Assembly: GCA_964016885.1 (NCBI GenBank)
Contig: OZ024740.1
Coordinates: 134,354,001-134,418,000, forward strand
DNA: 64,000 nt
Direction of reading: 5' to 3'
Origin: Eledone cirrhosa
Taxonomy: Eukaryota
Made by a program: the position numbers and the translations under genes. This document shows positions 1-14,606 of this stretch, piece by piece (the first letter of the stretch is position 1; every line of letters begins with the position of its first letter). The notes beneath the pieces are model-generated. The model saw nothing but the letters and a program-made list of their open reading frames with translations. It was not told where the DNA came from and searched no databases.

Positions 1-274
1 TTAAGCCAGTACAAAGTATAACTAAATTCAATAACTATAACCTGTGAGTATGTAGTGTATAAGGTTGAAGAGAATTATAGATTTATAGTATAGAGTAATA
101 GAATAGAATCATAAATGTAACGTTATGATATACTTAATCGTCTATCAAAACACTTCAAATATCACCACTAAAAATAGTATTTATATGCCTGTATATGGAA
201 GTATGACGGCCTGTGTGGGTATATATAGGTGTGTGCGTATATATACATGCACGCACACGCACACATATATATAT

Positions 275-324
<50 letters not shown>

Positions 325-476
325 TATATATATATACTTATTAAAACATACGCACATATGCATATATATATATATATACATATATATTCACATATATATA
401 TATATACACATATATGCATGTATATACACATATATATATATATCTAATGACTTGATTTTTTATTTCATTGTTTTAA

Positions 477-516
<40 letters not shown>

Positions 517-518
517 CT

Positions 519-558
<40 letters not shown>

Positions 559-938
559 TTTGTGTGCGTCTGTGTGTGTTTGTGTATTCATATAGATATA
601 AGTATTGAGTATTTCTATGCATGTATACATTACTGTTATCTTTTTTGTTTGCTTTTTGTATACGTATGTAGATATACTCGGTGAGAGTGTGTGTATGTGT
701 GTGTACGTAATTTCACATGTAAATACATTTTTTTAAATGTAAATCTAAAAGTATATGAAAAAATCCTTATTCATAGTTGGAGCTATTTTTTTTTTACTTT
801 GTGTATGTTGGTAGATTGTCTTTTTTTGGTTTTATTTGTTTTTTGTTATTCTTTTTTTTTGTTTTTTTTTCAGTTTGCAAAACATGTTTACATGTGTCTC
901 TTCGTTCTTTTTGTATGTATAATTATGTCTGAATATAT

Positions 939-972
<34 letters not shown>

Positions 973-1100
973 ATATGTGTTTCTGCAATGTTTTACGTGA
1001 CTGCATGTATACACAAGTTCATTGAATATATATTTTATACATTTTATACCTATTTTTTCCATTATTTTTTTATTTATTTATTCCTAAGTGTATGCATGTG

Positions 1101-1192
<92 letters not shown>

Positions 1193-1267
1193 CATATGCA
1201 TACACTTAGGAATAAATAAATAAATAATAATGAAAAAAATAGGTATAAAATATATGTAATGCATATA

Positions 1268-1321
<54 letters not shown>

Positions 1322-1727
1322 TATATACATATGTATATATATATATATATATGCATTTTTATATGTATATAAAGAGAGAGAAAGAGAGAGAGATACATAC
1401 ATACAAACATACATACATACGCACATACATACATACTCTTTATTCTGTGCCTTATCGATCGACGGTGAACTTTTTAAAACATATTGTCTTAACTGTAGGG
1501 TTACGTCAACAAGATCAGGATGAAAGCAGAGAGAAATCGATACAAGGTAATCAATAAATAGGGTTATTCATATAAATCAATCTTCTCAGTGCGTAGATCG
1601 AATAAAATATTCTACGTTAAAGACGCAGAACAGTAAAGGTTATAAACATGAATTATAGTCTTGATATTTCGGAGGTTATATATATGCGTGTGTGTGCATC
1701 TATGTATTTGTGTGTTTGTTTATATAA

Positions 1728-1761
<34 letters not shown>

Positions 1762-1911
1762 CTGTGTATGTGTGTGTGTGTGTGTGTACATATATATTAT
1801 ATTATATATAATACATGGCAAACTGGCGTACACCTTCCTAGATACTCCGAGTTTCCTGATGTCTGTTGGTCTTACTTCGTTCGTCAGCTGTCGTGAAGTC
1901 ACCATATATAT

Positions 1912-2017
<106 letters not shown>

Positions 2018-2285
2018 TGAGTGAGAGAGTGTGTGTGTGTGTGTGAGAGAGAGCGGGGGGGATAGAAGAATAATCCACCCTAGTACTTTGTCAACCTCGA
2101 TAGGATAAAAGGCAAAGTTGACCTCGGCGATCATTCAGAAATGCATAAAAGATTGCATACGGCTACTAAGTGATTCACCAGCTTCGAATGGACTTTACTA
2201 CACGTATTGAATCTGTCAATCTCATTGGTTTACTTGCTGTCTTTTCTTTCTGGCACGTGTCTTAGTGATAAGGGGGGGGGGGGGG

Positions 2286-2535
2286 CTTACGATCATAATG
2301 TCGTGGGTTCCTATTCCTCGACTGGGTTGTGTGTTGTATTCTTGAGCAAAACACTTCATTTCACGTTACTCCAGTATACTCAGCTCAAAATGAGTACCAA
2401 CAGTAGTTGAAGGTCTAACCCTGCTATAGACTGACGTCCTGTCCAGAGGGAAGTCTTGTACTCTCAGTTGCTTCACCCTACCAACCCTGGGATACCACCG
2501 GCCTGATGAGACCCCGGGTGTCGAGACATACTTTA
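2286..2535 (+). mobile_element. tRNA-derived SINE fragment (family also at 56121-56370)
   Basis: Shares 'cttgagcaaaacacttcatttcacgttactcca..atactcagct.aaaatgagtacca' with 56205-56262; B-box-like 'gggttcctattcc' upstream; boundaries approximate. Confidence 0.6.
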
Positions 2536-3852
2536 GACTTTAGCCTTCCCTCTGCCACTTCTATCGCTATTAATACTCTTTGCTTCTTTGTGTGTATTTC
2601 ATACCACTTCCACTCAATCGCTCTTAATTGGTTCATCTCTATTCTCATCACCCATGTTGTGTCCAACCACCCAAGCCCTGCACTAACCATTATGTCAAGT
2701 CTTTTTTTTTCTGTCCAGAAAGTCATCTCTCTGGAACTCCCTCTTTGTTCATATCTTTCCAAAAAAGGATCGACTTACAACAGTTTAAATGGAATATTAA
2801 TAACATCAATCTCTCCAGTTTCAGGAGGGAGACATAAAATATATAATCACTACCCCTTTCTGCACACCTACGAAATAAAAAGCAAAACTTATAAAACACT
2901 AGCTGACTTCAAAACCAACTATTTTCTTTTGGGTGTTGTTGTTTTTATTGTTTAGGCCTCGGTCATTTCTTATTGAGCAAATCTATGTTGAAAGATATTC
3001 CAGCCGAAACGCAGACTTGTCAACTCTCCCCGTCGGACGGGGAGATCTCCTACCCATTTTGGAGTGGGTGAAAAATGTCTTCTCTTGTGAAAATGGGTAT
3101 GCTTTTATTATGTAAAATCTCCCCATTTTACCTCATTTCTCCCCGTTTGGGGGCACTTTTTTATGGTACTCTCCGTTTGGGCTTTTAGAGCTTGGCAGGT
3201 CTGGAAATGATACCATCTTTTTAATGGTATGTCCAATTATATGTTATATGCCATTTCCTTGTGTGAGGTGTACTTTAATTGCTATTTCTTGCAGCTCAAG
3301 CTACCACATAGAGGTTCACGTCACGGGGTCGACTATTTACATGAAATAAGTATTGGTAATACCACTCGAGTGAAACCTTCTCAAATAAATCTTTTAATCA
3401 CCAGTCTTAAGAGGAGTTTAAGTCTCAACGTATCAAGTTCAACAGTATGAAGTGGTTAAAGCAATACAAGATTTCAGGTGTCACTCCTATATATCCAAAG
3501 CTAAATAGGCTTGTCTTTATCGGACACGGCTCCTCTAATACCGATTGTATTGATTTTTATATCAGCATTGTCTAGACTGCAAAACATTGTCATGTGAGTG
3601 TGAGCGCGTGTGTGTGTGTGTGTCAGTGTGTGCGTGTGTGTGTGCGAGTGTGTGTTTCTGGCATTTTCAGAGCTCACGTTTTGTGATTTTTATGGTTAGT
3701 TTGTGTGGCTATGTGTAATAGTATGTCTCTAACGTTAAGCCAGTTGGTGTTAGGTTATTTATTTATTTATTTTATCTATATTTTTCATGAGTTTTCTAAC
3801 TTTTTAAAATCACTCTTACTTGTTATTTATAGTTATTGCAAGTAGGTAACTG

Positions 3853-3891
<39 letters not shown>

Positions 3892-4232
3892 CATATATAA
3901 GTATTAGCCATCGACAAGCCGAGTCAGTAAGTCTACGAAGGTTTGATTTCCGTTCAAGTGATTTCACCTCACTTATTGCTCGTGTCTACAGTTCCTAGCC
4001 AGAGTCAATAGACTAGAGAGAAGTGTGCCTGGTCAGGTTAATTTCTTCTTGAAACACCCCATAAAGGCAAAGATTCTGTAGTGACACGTTGACTCCTTAA
4101 CAGTTATATAGTGGCTTAATTTTTCTCCCCTTTGGCAACACTCTTCGCAAGGTCTCACGCCTGCAAACAAAATTTCTCTCGTTACTTTTCGTGTTTCTTA
4201 TTTTATTTTCTCTCTCTCTCTTTCTCTCTCTC

Positions 4233-4271
<39 letters not shown>

Positions 4272-4610
4272 GTGTGTGTAGCTAGCCATTTATTTGCAAT
4301 AGTGTATGACTTGGTAGTCATATAACATGCTTACACTAAGGGTTTTAGGTCCCCTTGCAATCGCGAGCAGGGACAGACTCTCTCTCTCTCGACACTTCCT
4401 CCTTTAATACAGTAAAACATCCAGGATGTGACAGGAAAGATAGCTGGACCAGTCCTGAGCTAGTAACTTCTTTATCAACGCCGGTGGGATTTGAACGCAG
4501 AAACTCGGAACAAATATCCAACGCTCTAACGACTCTGCCAAATTGAACACTTCGTGTGGGTTAAACGTCTATGTATGTATGCATATATGTATAAATATAT
4601 ATATACATTC

Positions 4611-4663
<53 letters not shown>

Positions 4664-4737
4664 CGCGCGCGTGTGTGTGTGTATGTATTCGCGTGTATGT
4701 GTGTGTTTATACATATCTCTATGTGTGTGTGTATGAA

Positions 4738-4785
<48 letters not shown>

Positions 4786-7197
4786 AAAAAAGAGGGAGGG
4801 AATGAGAGAGGGAAGGAGTGGGTAAAATGAAGGAGTAGAGTAGTCGAGAAGACATGATAGACGTTCTTGTGATGTCTGATGACCTGACTGAAGCTTTTGA
4901 ATATATATCCACCGATACACTTTCGATATTGCTCTTGAGACTAATACGTCAGAAAGAATTATTGCATTCATCTCAACTTTCCATGTCCCATAGTAGGGAC
5001 TGTCAAATCTGGAAATATACTATCGTATACTTACTGTCGCTTTCGGTGTTTCAAATCATAACATGTTTAGTTTATCTCCGAACTTTTCGGAGATTTCTTT
5101 GTACAACTCAGGTAAAGATTCGGAAATGATTTATTACTAAATAATTACGTATTAACCACAAATATAATTTCGGATTATTTACCCTTTTCGTTATCATATT
5201 TCTAATGATATACACAGTTTATGATTTATAGATAATTTTGAAAATAAGTAAGAATTTGGAAGGGTTCAATAATATAACACACTTTCTCAATATAAAGCTA
5301 GTGTTTGGAACATAACTTCACAGAGGTTCTTGTATTAAATGATGATGGAAACTTTTTAGATAAATATAGACACTTTAAAATAAACAGATTTGTATTGTAG
5401 GACCAACGGCGATTTCGGGAGTTCTCTATTTTGGGATTGCTTTAACGAAATTCCTATGTTTGTAATTTTGCTAATCATTCATTCCTTCATTCTCATATTT
5501 AGTATATTGGAACATCTGTTGCATAATGACGGTGATGATAGTGGTGTATCGTTTTAATATGATAATCTGAGCCGAAGAAACTTTAACCTCTATCCGTGCA
5601 GATCCTCATAGACTAGTTAGATTGGTGTGGTTGATGTTCAGCTTGAGATTGAGGTAATTGATGTTCAACTTATCTGTCTAAAAGATTATGTCTAAAAGCA
5701 CTTCACACTCTACTGTCAACAATATTTAATAAAAGGGCTTACAACTCCAATGTATAACTCAGAATTGATCAGATGGTTTGTCAATAAAATAAAATCTATC
5801 CAAATCACGCTATGGAGAAAGTCTTCATAAATGCATCTTATAATATAATGAACTTAGTCTGTTCATGGCAAATATTTGGTTTTGTATAAACTACATTTAA
5901 TCGTACGAGCTAACAAGGGATTCTATATTCCATTGTTCTACTTACTAGAAATAACAACCAAGTCTGTCTCAAATCTTACCCCACTTCTAAACTGTTGGAA
6001 ATGCAGGCTAATTGAGTCCTAGATATATTAAATCAAAGTTGAGGAGGTGGTGGTCACAGAGGAAACGCCAGACAAACGATCAGACGTCGACTCAGAGCAA
6101 CAAGCATGACATTTGGGAGAGATCTGAAATGATAGAAAGCAGATAGAAAATCTACAAGAAATAGCAACTAAATTTTCCATCAAACCACACCCTACTACCT
6201 TAATAAAGGACACTTGCATACTGTATCCCGTGTTTACTATGCCTGAAGAAAAAACAGGAGAATCATGTCTGGAATTCTTTTCATTGTAGGTCTGCTTCAT
6301 CAGGGCTGACCTGTCGCTAAGAATAAAACAACCCACTCATATACTGACAGACAAACAAAAGTACCAAATATTCACAAAACCAAACTGCAAATGGCAATAT
6401 AATATAAGAAAAATTGAAGTGGCATTGTTATCTCCCTAGCCTAGTCCACTACAGAATGAAACCAGCATATGAAAATAGCAGAATGCACTCCACCGGAAAC
6501 AAAATACAAAAAATATATAAACATACAATATAACACTAATGCGCAAATAACACCTTTATAGAATTGAAATATGACAGTGTTATTTCCATAACACAGAAAC
6601 AATGCTACAACTCCGACAGAGGAAACTTAAAACCCAACAATAACCCTTGATAAAACAAAATAGGCCAAACCATAATAGAGGTAATATAACGTACTTAAAT
6701 CATGCAACTGATAACCTATATATCACAGGTATGGTTGAGAATGTAAGAAGTTCGTTTCACAATCATGCAGTCTGGAGTTCGATCCCACTGTGTGGAATTT
6801 TGGTAAATAGTCTTTATTATAGGTTCCAACCGACCTAAACTTGGAAAATAGAATTGGGTAAACAGAAACTGTGCGGAAGCCTATTGGATCTATTATACCT
6901 GTAACTCAAAGTTCCAGCCATGTCACATATTTTGTCACGCTGATTTTGTCTGTTGTGTGGTCTCAGGAATACTCAACCAATTACATGGTAATTCATGAAT
7001 TTCACATTCAGTTAATGAAATGGCTAAATGATCATCGTCAAAACCGATGAAGGATCCTTCGTATTTTGCAACTATATAAACAAAGCATAAACGTTCAAAA
7101 TATGAAAAACGGCAACATGAAACACATTAACATATCAAATATGTTTATTTACCATCAACTGGGTGATTGGTTGTTTCCTTGAGCAAGACACTTTAGG

Positions 7198-7479
7198 GTA
7201 AAGACCTCTTCTGTCACGAATTACCATGGGATTTGCACTTAGAAAAGCACAAGTTTGAGTAAGGCTGTTTGTGGAAGACTAGCAGTCACCCATGCATACC
7301 GGTCTCTGGTGCCAAGCTGTATCGGCCATTGCCATTCCCTTGAACAATATCGGTGGCGTGGAGAGAGGAGACCGGTATGCATGGGTGACTGCTAGTCTTC
7401 CACAAACAACCTTACTCAAAGTTGTGATTTTCTAAGTGCAAATCCCATGGTAATTCGTGACAGAAGTGGTCCCTTTACA
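7198..7479. repeat. Fold-back inverted repeat (~110 bp arms), probably SINE 3' tail
   Basis: 7198-7307 is the near reverse complement of 7369-7479, ~60 bp spacer; preceded by SINE-like 'ccttgagcaagacacttta'. Confidence 0.8.
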
Positions 7480-7834
7480 TTTACCTCCATTAATCTCACC
7501 AACCATCCGACCAGATTACCTAACCCAAATGCAACAGGCACAATATACACATAACAGAATCCTAACTATAGTAATTTCTGGACACCCCACACCCAATACT
7601 ATTCACCGATCTCTGTCGGAATGTGGTGTGTGATCTTCAGCAAGGTGGTGGTATTGTATATCTGAAGCGATCAATCTGTTCGTTGTACCTAATTGTTTGA
7701 CCAACTATCTATGTGTCATATTCAAAAGCAACATCAACCATATTCTCTCTCTTAGAATTATATTCTCTCTGTTTTGTCCTTTTTCCCTTCTCAGTAACCC
7801 CTTGCATTTTAGTGGCTCGAGTGAATATATATAT

Positions 7835-8596
7835 ATATATATATGAATGTATATATAGAGTATTTTGCAATACACTGTATGCTTAATTATATATATATAT
7901 ATATATATATATTAGAATTGGTGCTCTGAAATAGCGATATATATATGAATGTATATATAGTGTATTTTGCAATACACTGTATGCTTAATTAAAAGCATTT
8001 TGAAGACCTTACGCTATTGTTTTAGAGTAGTGACAGTCTCACTTACTTTAAATTTTCAGCAAACAGGGGGAAATAAAGCTGACAGAGCTCTGTTTCGTAC
8101 TATTTGTCAGCTTTATTTCCCCCTGTTTGCTGAAAATTTAAAGTAAGTGAGACTGTCACTACTCTAAAACAATAGCGTAAGGTCTTCAAAATGCTTTTAA
8201 TTAAGCATACAGTGTATTGCAAAATACACTATATATACATTCATATATATATATCGCTATTTCAGAGCACCAATTCTAATTTTCAATTTCTGCTTGACCG
8301 GCAACCACTCTGTATAATCAGTTCCTGATTATTACTAGAATTCTATAAGAATCAAACATTCATGATTTTCAGCAAACAGGTGGAGTACTTAGCTTTGATA
8401 AGTACCAAATAGTACGAAACAGAGCTCTGTCAGTTTTATCTCCCCCTGTTTGCTGAAAAGTTAAAGTAAGTGAGACTGTCACTACTCTAAAACAACAGCG
8501 TAAGGTCTTCAAAATGCTTTTAATTAAGCATACAGTGTATTGCAAAATACACTATATATACATTCATATATATATCGCTATTTCAGAGCACCAATT

Positions 8597-8600
<4 letters not shown>
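7835..8600. mobile_element. Retrozyme-like HHR repeat family B (~323 bp unit) in fold-back arrangement
   Basis: 7910-8105 inverted relative to 8106-8600; 'gtcag' register recurs at 8106 and 8429; partial copy 7835-7888; flanked by (TA)n; homologous to the 310 bp array at 19782-22140. Confidence 0.75.
8391..8435 (+). ncRNA. Type I hammerhead ribozyme, U3-A8 core variant
   Basis: agct-TTGATAA-gtac(caaata)gtac-GAA-acagagctctgt-C-agtt: stems I and II, palindromic stem III, GUC site; enclosed by 15 bp stem 8366-8380/8445-8459. Confidence 0.75.
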
Positions 8601-8661
<61 letters not shown>

Positions 8662-10874
8662 CGAAGTTGTAGCTGCAATGTAGCAGGTACTATTCGAGTT
8701 GTTTGAAGCAACTACAAATACAAAGCACTCAATGGAGTGAGAAGTAAACACAAAAGTTAAAAGTTTTGACACCAAAAGTAAACGACCTAAGGCAGTGGCC
8801 ATACATATACCACAACAACGATAAATACAGAAAGTGTGTGTGTGTCTGTTAGACAGTGTAAGCTGAGGTCAAATAACATTAACTAAATAAGTTTCCTTAC
8901 CTATCACTATGAAATGTGGATTACTGAAGTTTCCGTCGGTCTTGATGGTGAGACTTTCATTTGTCAAAGAACAGAATCCCTTTTAGTAAAATGACCATGT
9001 ATGAATCTTAATATTCCTCCAACGTCGGCGGAATTTCAACTCAAAGCTCAGAAAACTGAAACGAATATCACAAGGTATTCTATCTAACATTTCTGCCAAT
9101 ATGTGCCGCCTTTTAAAACTACATACTATTCACTTCTTGTAACTGGATGTACACATACCATTTTCCCAAAGCATTGGATTCAGACACCACCTTCACATGC
9201 CACATTCCCATACCAAAACACACATCTCCCACTTTTCGATTTCCTTCAATGCGCATACCTCCTCTCAATACTACTACATGCACATACCCCTCTTTCCATT
9301 CCACAAGATGCATATGCCCCTCCACATACCTCTAACTTTATAATCATTCTTTTCATACTACTAGATGCACCACACAATACCTTCACAAAATTTTCAAAAA
9401 CATTTAACTTCGATTAGGGGTTACAAACATCACGATTTTATATCTATTCCTATTGTAACAATTTCAGGTACCAACTTGTAGTCCTAATTTTTGGAGGTGC
9501 CAGAGAGGGAACCTTTTCGTGTGCATCCAAATTCTCCTCAAACCACAACTTAGTATCTTTACAAAAACACATTAGTTAATGTAGGTCTACATGCACTATC
9601 TGAAAACGAGTTAATAGTTACTGTTCCTAGGTCTACATGATCAAAGCTAACAAGGGGTTAAACAACAACAAAAACAACTATTTTCTGGCAGTACCTCCAA
9701 ATATTTAACAATTTTCGTTTCTTTATTTTTAATGTTCAGCTAGAGAGGAGTGGGCAGTGCCTATGATCCTTATCAAAAGCTCCGAGACTGGTGTGATGGA
9801 GAAATATATCGTTAAATGGAAACCTCAACCGAATTCAGAGTGGACTCCACTAAAGATACCCGAGGGCCAGGGGTTGTTTTTAAATAGGGCGACTGATATT
9901 TCTACCATATGCTATTTTAAAAAAACTCTCCAGCGAAGCACCTTTAAAAATAACTATCAAATAATATCATTGCACTCGTTTTCTTGCTTGTCACCCAAAA
10001 CCCCGTCTTCGTTCTAGCTTCAGACACTGTATTTCATTTTTAAGCTGTAGCACTACTACAAATGACCTTCAGACACACAACCTTTAGACATGTCCTCCAA
10101 ACATCAAATTCAGAAATCGAAAGTATGATAAAAATAACAAGAGGAGTATTTGTCAAATAGTTATTAAATTAAAGTGTAAATTAGACAAATTAAATCTCAA
10201 AAGCGAAAAAATAAAGATCATTCACGGTGCTGCTACAATTAAAACGGTGAAGCATAAGTTCGTGTTTCTGGGGTTGTTTTTGTTTCTGTTGGCTCTTTTA
10301 TTGTCTTTATGAAAATGTCGAAATAATTGTTATAATTCTTAAACCAGCCAATACATAATGACATGTTCTATTTTACTACAGTTTCATTGAGATCGTGCGT
10401 GTGTCTGTGTGTGGCTTTGTGTAAAGATGTATTATTTACTGGACAAGCGTAGTGTGTCTATGCTTCTACTCGTGTATATAAGAGCCATAGAGAAGGAGTG
10501 GGGGGGGGGGGGGGGTATCGAAAGACAGAAAGATGGAAAAAGCGAGTACAATATTTGATGATTTTTTTTTTCTTCTCACAATAGAAAGATTCATAATTAT
10601 ATAAATTGCCGAATGTATTATTACCCGTCTTTTTTTAAATCGACAAATGGTAATAGAAAAATGTTTTTGTTGGTGGTGTTGTCGTTGTTTTGTTTGTTTG
10701 TTTATTTATTTGTCTATTTTTTTTCGTATTTTCTTGTTGGTGGGGGTGAAAATTTTATCCAACATTCGAAAATAGAAACTGAAAAATATTTAAAAAATCA
10801 TATTAGAAAATATATCACCATATTGAAATATTTTAGAGTAAGAACAGAACGTAACACTAAAGTAGAAAATGACG

Positions 10875-10954
<80 letters not shown>

Positions 10955-11665
10955 GTGCGTGTGTGTGTGAGAGTGTGTGTGTGTGTTAAGAGACTAAGAA
11001 AGAAATAAAAGTCGTGACTTGTAGAAGCTAGCAAAAGTAATAATTTATAATGGAGGATGCAGAAATCCAATCAAAATTGGTAATTGTTAAAATATAACAA
11101 ACAAAAAGAAAGAAATATCTCCTGAATGATATTTATATTATTATTTTTTATTGCAAAATTTAAATAGAGAGGAACTATAGGATTTTCTAATAATACTCTC
11201 TACATTTGTTATGGTGTGCGTGGAAAAAAGATTAGATTAAATCTTACGTGAAAAACGGTGTAATGGTATGACTGATTGAATAGCTCCATTATGTGTTCAC
11301 GTTTCATTGCTGGCGTTGCCTATAACTTGAATTTATTATCTTTCTGTTAAGGGTTGGAAATCGTCACTCTCAATCGAGGGTAACTTGCTGGCATTTTCTA
11401 TGCTGTCGTTAATAGTTCTAGGAGACCATACAATCACGAGCAAGTATTTACAGCCCTCTCGACATTTCCAGCTTTTAATTCAACGGAACATCCAAGTTGT
11501 GACAGCTAGAGAAAGAATGAAAGCTACTCTATTTACAACTTCCTTTATCGACCCCGAAAGCATGTAAGGCAAAATTGACCTCGGCGATATTTGAACAAAC
11601 ATTGTAACGCATTCTAACCGTCGTTTTAACGACTCAGCCAATTATTGGCAATATTGCTATTGCAA

Positions 11666-11800
11666 GGCGGCGAATTGGTAGAGTCGTTGTAACGTCGGAC
11701 AGAATGCTTTGTAGTATTCATTTCGGCTCTCTGGTTTCAAATCTCACCAAGGTCAACTTTGCCTTTCATCCATTAAAAGTCGATAAAAAGGTACCAGTCT
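11666..11800 (+). mobile_element. tRNA-derived SINE (same family as 39834-40020)
   Basis: 'ggcggcgaattggtagagtcg' A-box-like head, 'ggtttcaaatc' B-box, 'aggtcaactttgcctttcatcc..gtcgataaaa..gtaccagt' body. Confidence 0.7.
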
Positions 11801-12314
11801 AGAAATCTGCTGTATTCACATATGGAAAGGAGGTGCGCTTCGCCAGGTTTAACAGTGCCCTAAAACGTTGCATGTCAATACGGCGTACCAACGACTCCGT
11901 CGGGAGTTACGGGACTCAAAAAAGGAGAATGCTACTGGAAGTCGAACGAAGGAGAATGCTACCGGAAGTTGAACACAGATCAATTACTTGGAAGGGCCAA
12001 ATGCTTACCGTTATACTAATGATTCCTTGACCACTATACTTAATCAGGCAATCAAACTGTACTTTAGATAGCAATTGGAGCCACATTTTTGCATAAAACC
12101 GAAAGAAATTTCCGAACCCTTCAGATGCAGGACATTACACGACATAGCCACACATCTCTCTATTTTACTTAACTTTTGAAAATCATGAAACTGTGAAACC
12201 GGTAAAGTTGTTGTAAATAAATCTATTTAAAGACTTTATTTGCAACTTCTTTTTCCTATATTTTTACCCATGTGGGATATACAAAAACCTTACTTTCTTA
12301 TCTATCTATATATG

Positions 12315-13880
12315 TATTAGAAAAGGGAAGTAAGGTTCTATACAAAACAGTGGCTATAGAGAAAAGGTGAAGTTAGAAATAGCACGGAAAATATATTTTA
12401 GGGTCTGTTTTTTTTTTGTTTTTTTTTCCTTTCTTTGATTCGTCAAAGTGACATTATTGAAAAAATGAGAGGGACAATTCTTTTAAAAAAGAGTGTTATA
12501 AAGTATATAAAGTATTACCGGTTTCGATGTATTATTAGAATTCATCTTATCAAATGCTGAGTATTACAATTAAAAATAATTAATAAGAATTTAAAAACTA
12601 AAAATTAAAGATTTAAAATTAAGAAGTAAGTTTTTTTCCATCTTCCTTGCTGAGAAAGAGACTGAAGAATGAGTTCTTGTGTATAGGGAGAGATGTGTTG
12701 TCATAAAGTAGCAGCAACAGTAGTGGTAGGTGTGTTTCTTCACAGAACAAAATTGTTTTTTGGGGACAAAGTAAATATGTGTGTGTATATTTCGATTGTG
12801 ATAATGGACTGGTCAAGAGTTCAGATGTGGGTGGCGGGGGGGTGTAAGCTAGAGACAAATTCTTGTAAAAGAAATTCTATTTTTGGAATATGGTTTTATG
12901 AAATGTATGTAGTGTAAGAGTGTATATATAAACATACACACATGTGTGTGTGCTCCAGCCTGTCTGTCACAGCTCCCTTTCTGGTGGGAAATAAAAATAA
13001 ACAGAGCAGAGCATCAGTGGTGTTTGGAAAATATGTGAATGAGCAATTTTTTCTCTCTTATTTCGTGGTGTGTTGATGGGGGGGGGGATCTAATGGGGGT
13101 GATTACATATTTAATTTTGGTTTAAATTTGTTAATAAATAGTTTTTCTTTATTTATGCTTTGTTGTTGAGTGAAAGAATCGGGGCGCTTGTAAAGGGGGA
13201 AGATTTAAAAGTTGGGTAGGGTCATTCCTGCACAATCTGCAATGTGGCTACTTAAGGGGATTTTTTCTTGTGTTTACGTCTCAGATTTGTCGGCGATGGA
13301 TGGTCATTATTTTGCGTAATGACACACCCGTCTGTCCTATATAGGTTTTTCGACAGCCACCACATGTCATTACGTAGATCAGATTTTCTGAGTTGCAAGT
13401 GAAGTTGTGTTTCACTGTGATTGTTTGACTATCTTTAAACGTGAATGTGCCATGAAGTTTTTCACCTAATGCGGGCCCTAGGCCATAAAAAAATTGTCCT
13501 TCAATTAAGTATAGACATGTGCCACCGTTTGTTCTTCCGCATTTTGTTACCGTAAGGTTGGAGATTGGTTTGTAAATATTTGTTCCAGTGAGAATGTGTT
13601 TTAGTGATTTGGGTTGCCTTTTACTTTTAATGATCTTGTGTGTTTCTAGGATTTTTTTCATTTTTTCATCTTTAAATAGAATGGGGAGGATTTTGTGTAG
13701 GAGCTCGAAAATTTCGGTGTTTCTGGGGTTGAACGTGGATACATATGGTAAGGTATTGTTTGTGGTTCTGTGCTTTGAGTTGTTGGTTTCATGAAAATTT
13801 GCGTTTTGCTCTGTCTATTCCGTTATTAATTATGTCAAGTGGGAAAGCTTTTAAGGTAAGTGTGTTTTTTAGTTCATTTG
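12315..13880 (-). mobile_element. 5'-truncated Penelope-like element (GIY-YIG end plus 3' UTR)
   Basis: ORF 13281-13661 (KCGRTNGGTC..LIYVMTCGGCRKTYIGQT) is homologous to the C-terminus of ORF 17574-19550; HHR at 12511-12558; left boundary approximate. Confidence 0.85.
12511..12558 (-). ncRNA. Minimal type I hammerhead ribozyme, U3-A8 variant, PLE 3' end
   Basis: Minus strand agcat-TTGATAA-gatg...catc-GAA-accggt-A-atact; palindromic ACCGGT stem III; one mismatch in stem I. Confidence 0.7.
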
Positions 13881-13914
13881 TAAATATGTATATATATATA
13901 AATATGTGTGTGTA

Positions 13915-13996
<82 letters not shown>

Positions 13997-14022
13997 TATA
14001 TATATATATATATGTATATATA

Positions 14023-14075
<53 letters not shown>

Positions 14076-14197
14076 ATATACATATATATATATATTTATT
14101 ATATATATAATAAATATTTGCTCTACGGTTCTTATATATCTGATATATATTTATCCTTATCGAGCCCTCTTTGGATTTTAGTCTTCAAATTTATTAT

Positions 14198-14274
<77 letters not shown>

Positions 14275-14277
<3 letters not shown>

Positions 14278-14373
14278 GGTGCCACCAGAAATGTATTCAC
14301 ACTTCAACACCATTCCAATAACTATTTCCTGTACTGGTAATCATAGTGTGTATACATGTTGGGGACACCCCTG
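14275..14373. mobile_element. Tc1/mariner-type MITE (~100 bp)
   Basis: Terminal inverted repeats cagggtg...cacccctg with internal tgtat.cacact/agtgtgtataca, flanked by TA. Confidence 0.7.
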
Positions 14374-14409
<36 letters not shown>

Positions 14410-14450
14410 CGAAACATAAGTCAATTGCATGAACTCATAATCCTTTATTT

Positions 14451-14506
14451 ACTGCTATATATATTTCGATGATAGCCATTGAATGGCTATGACCTCATCG
14501 GGCAGT
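14451..14506 (-). ncRNA. Type I hammerhead ribozyme (solo PLE-like 3' end), core reads CCGATGA
   Basis: Minus strand actgc-CCGATGA-ggtcatagcca(ttcaa)tggctatcatc-GAA-atatatat-A-gcagt followed by aataaa; same family as 62510-62564. Confidence 0.7.
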
Positions 14507-14564
14507 TAGTCAGTTCTTAGATATGCCAGCTCTGTGTTTATGGTGTTGATGGTATCAGAGCCTT

Positions 14565-14599
<35 letters not shown>

Positions 14600-14606
<7 letters not shown>

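Noticed and set aside
14120-14168. Minus-strand gctc..gataa..gaaccgta-gagc resembling a decayed HHR
   Set aside because: Core and stem II too degenerate to call
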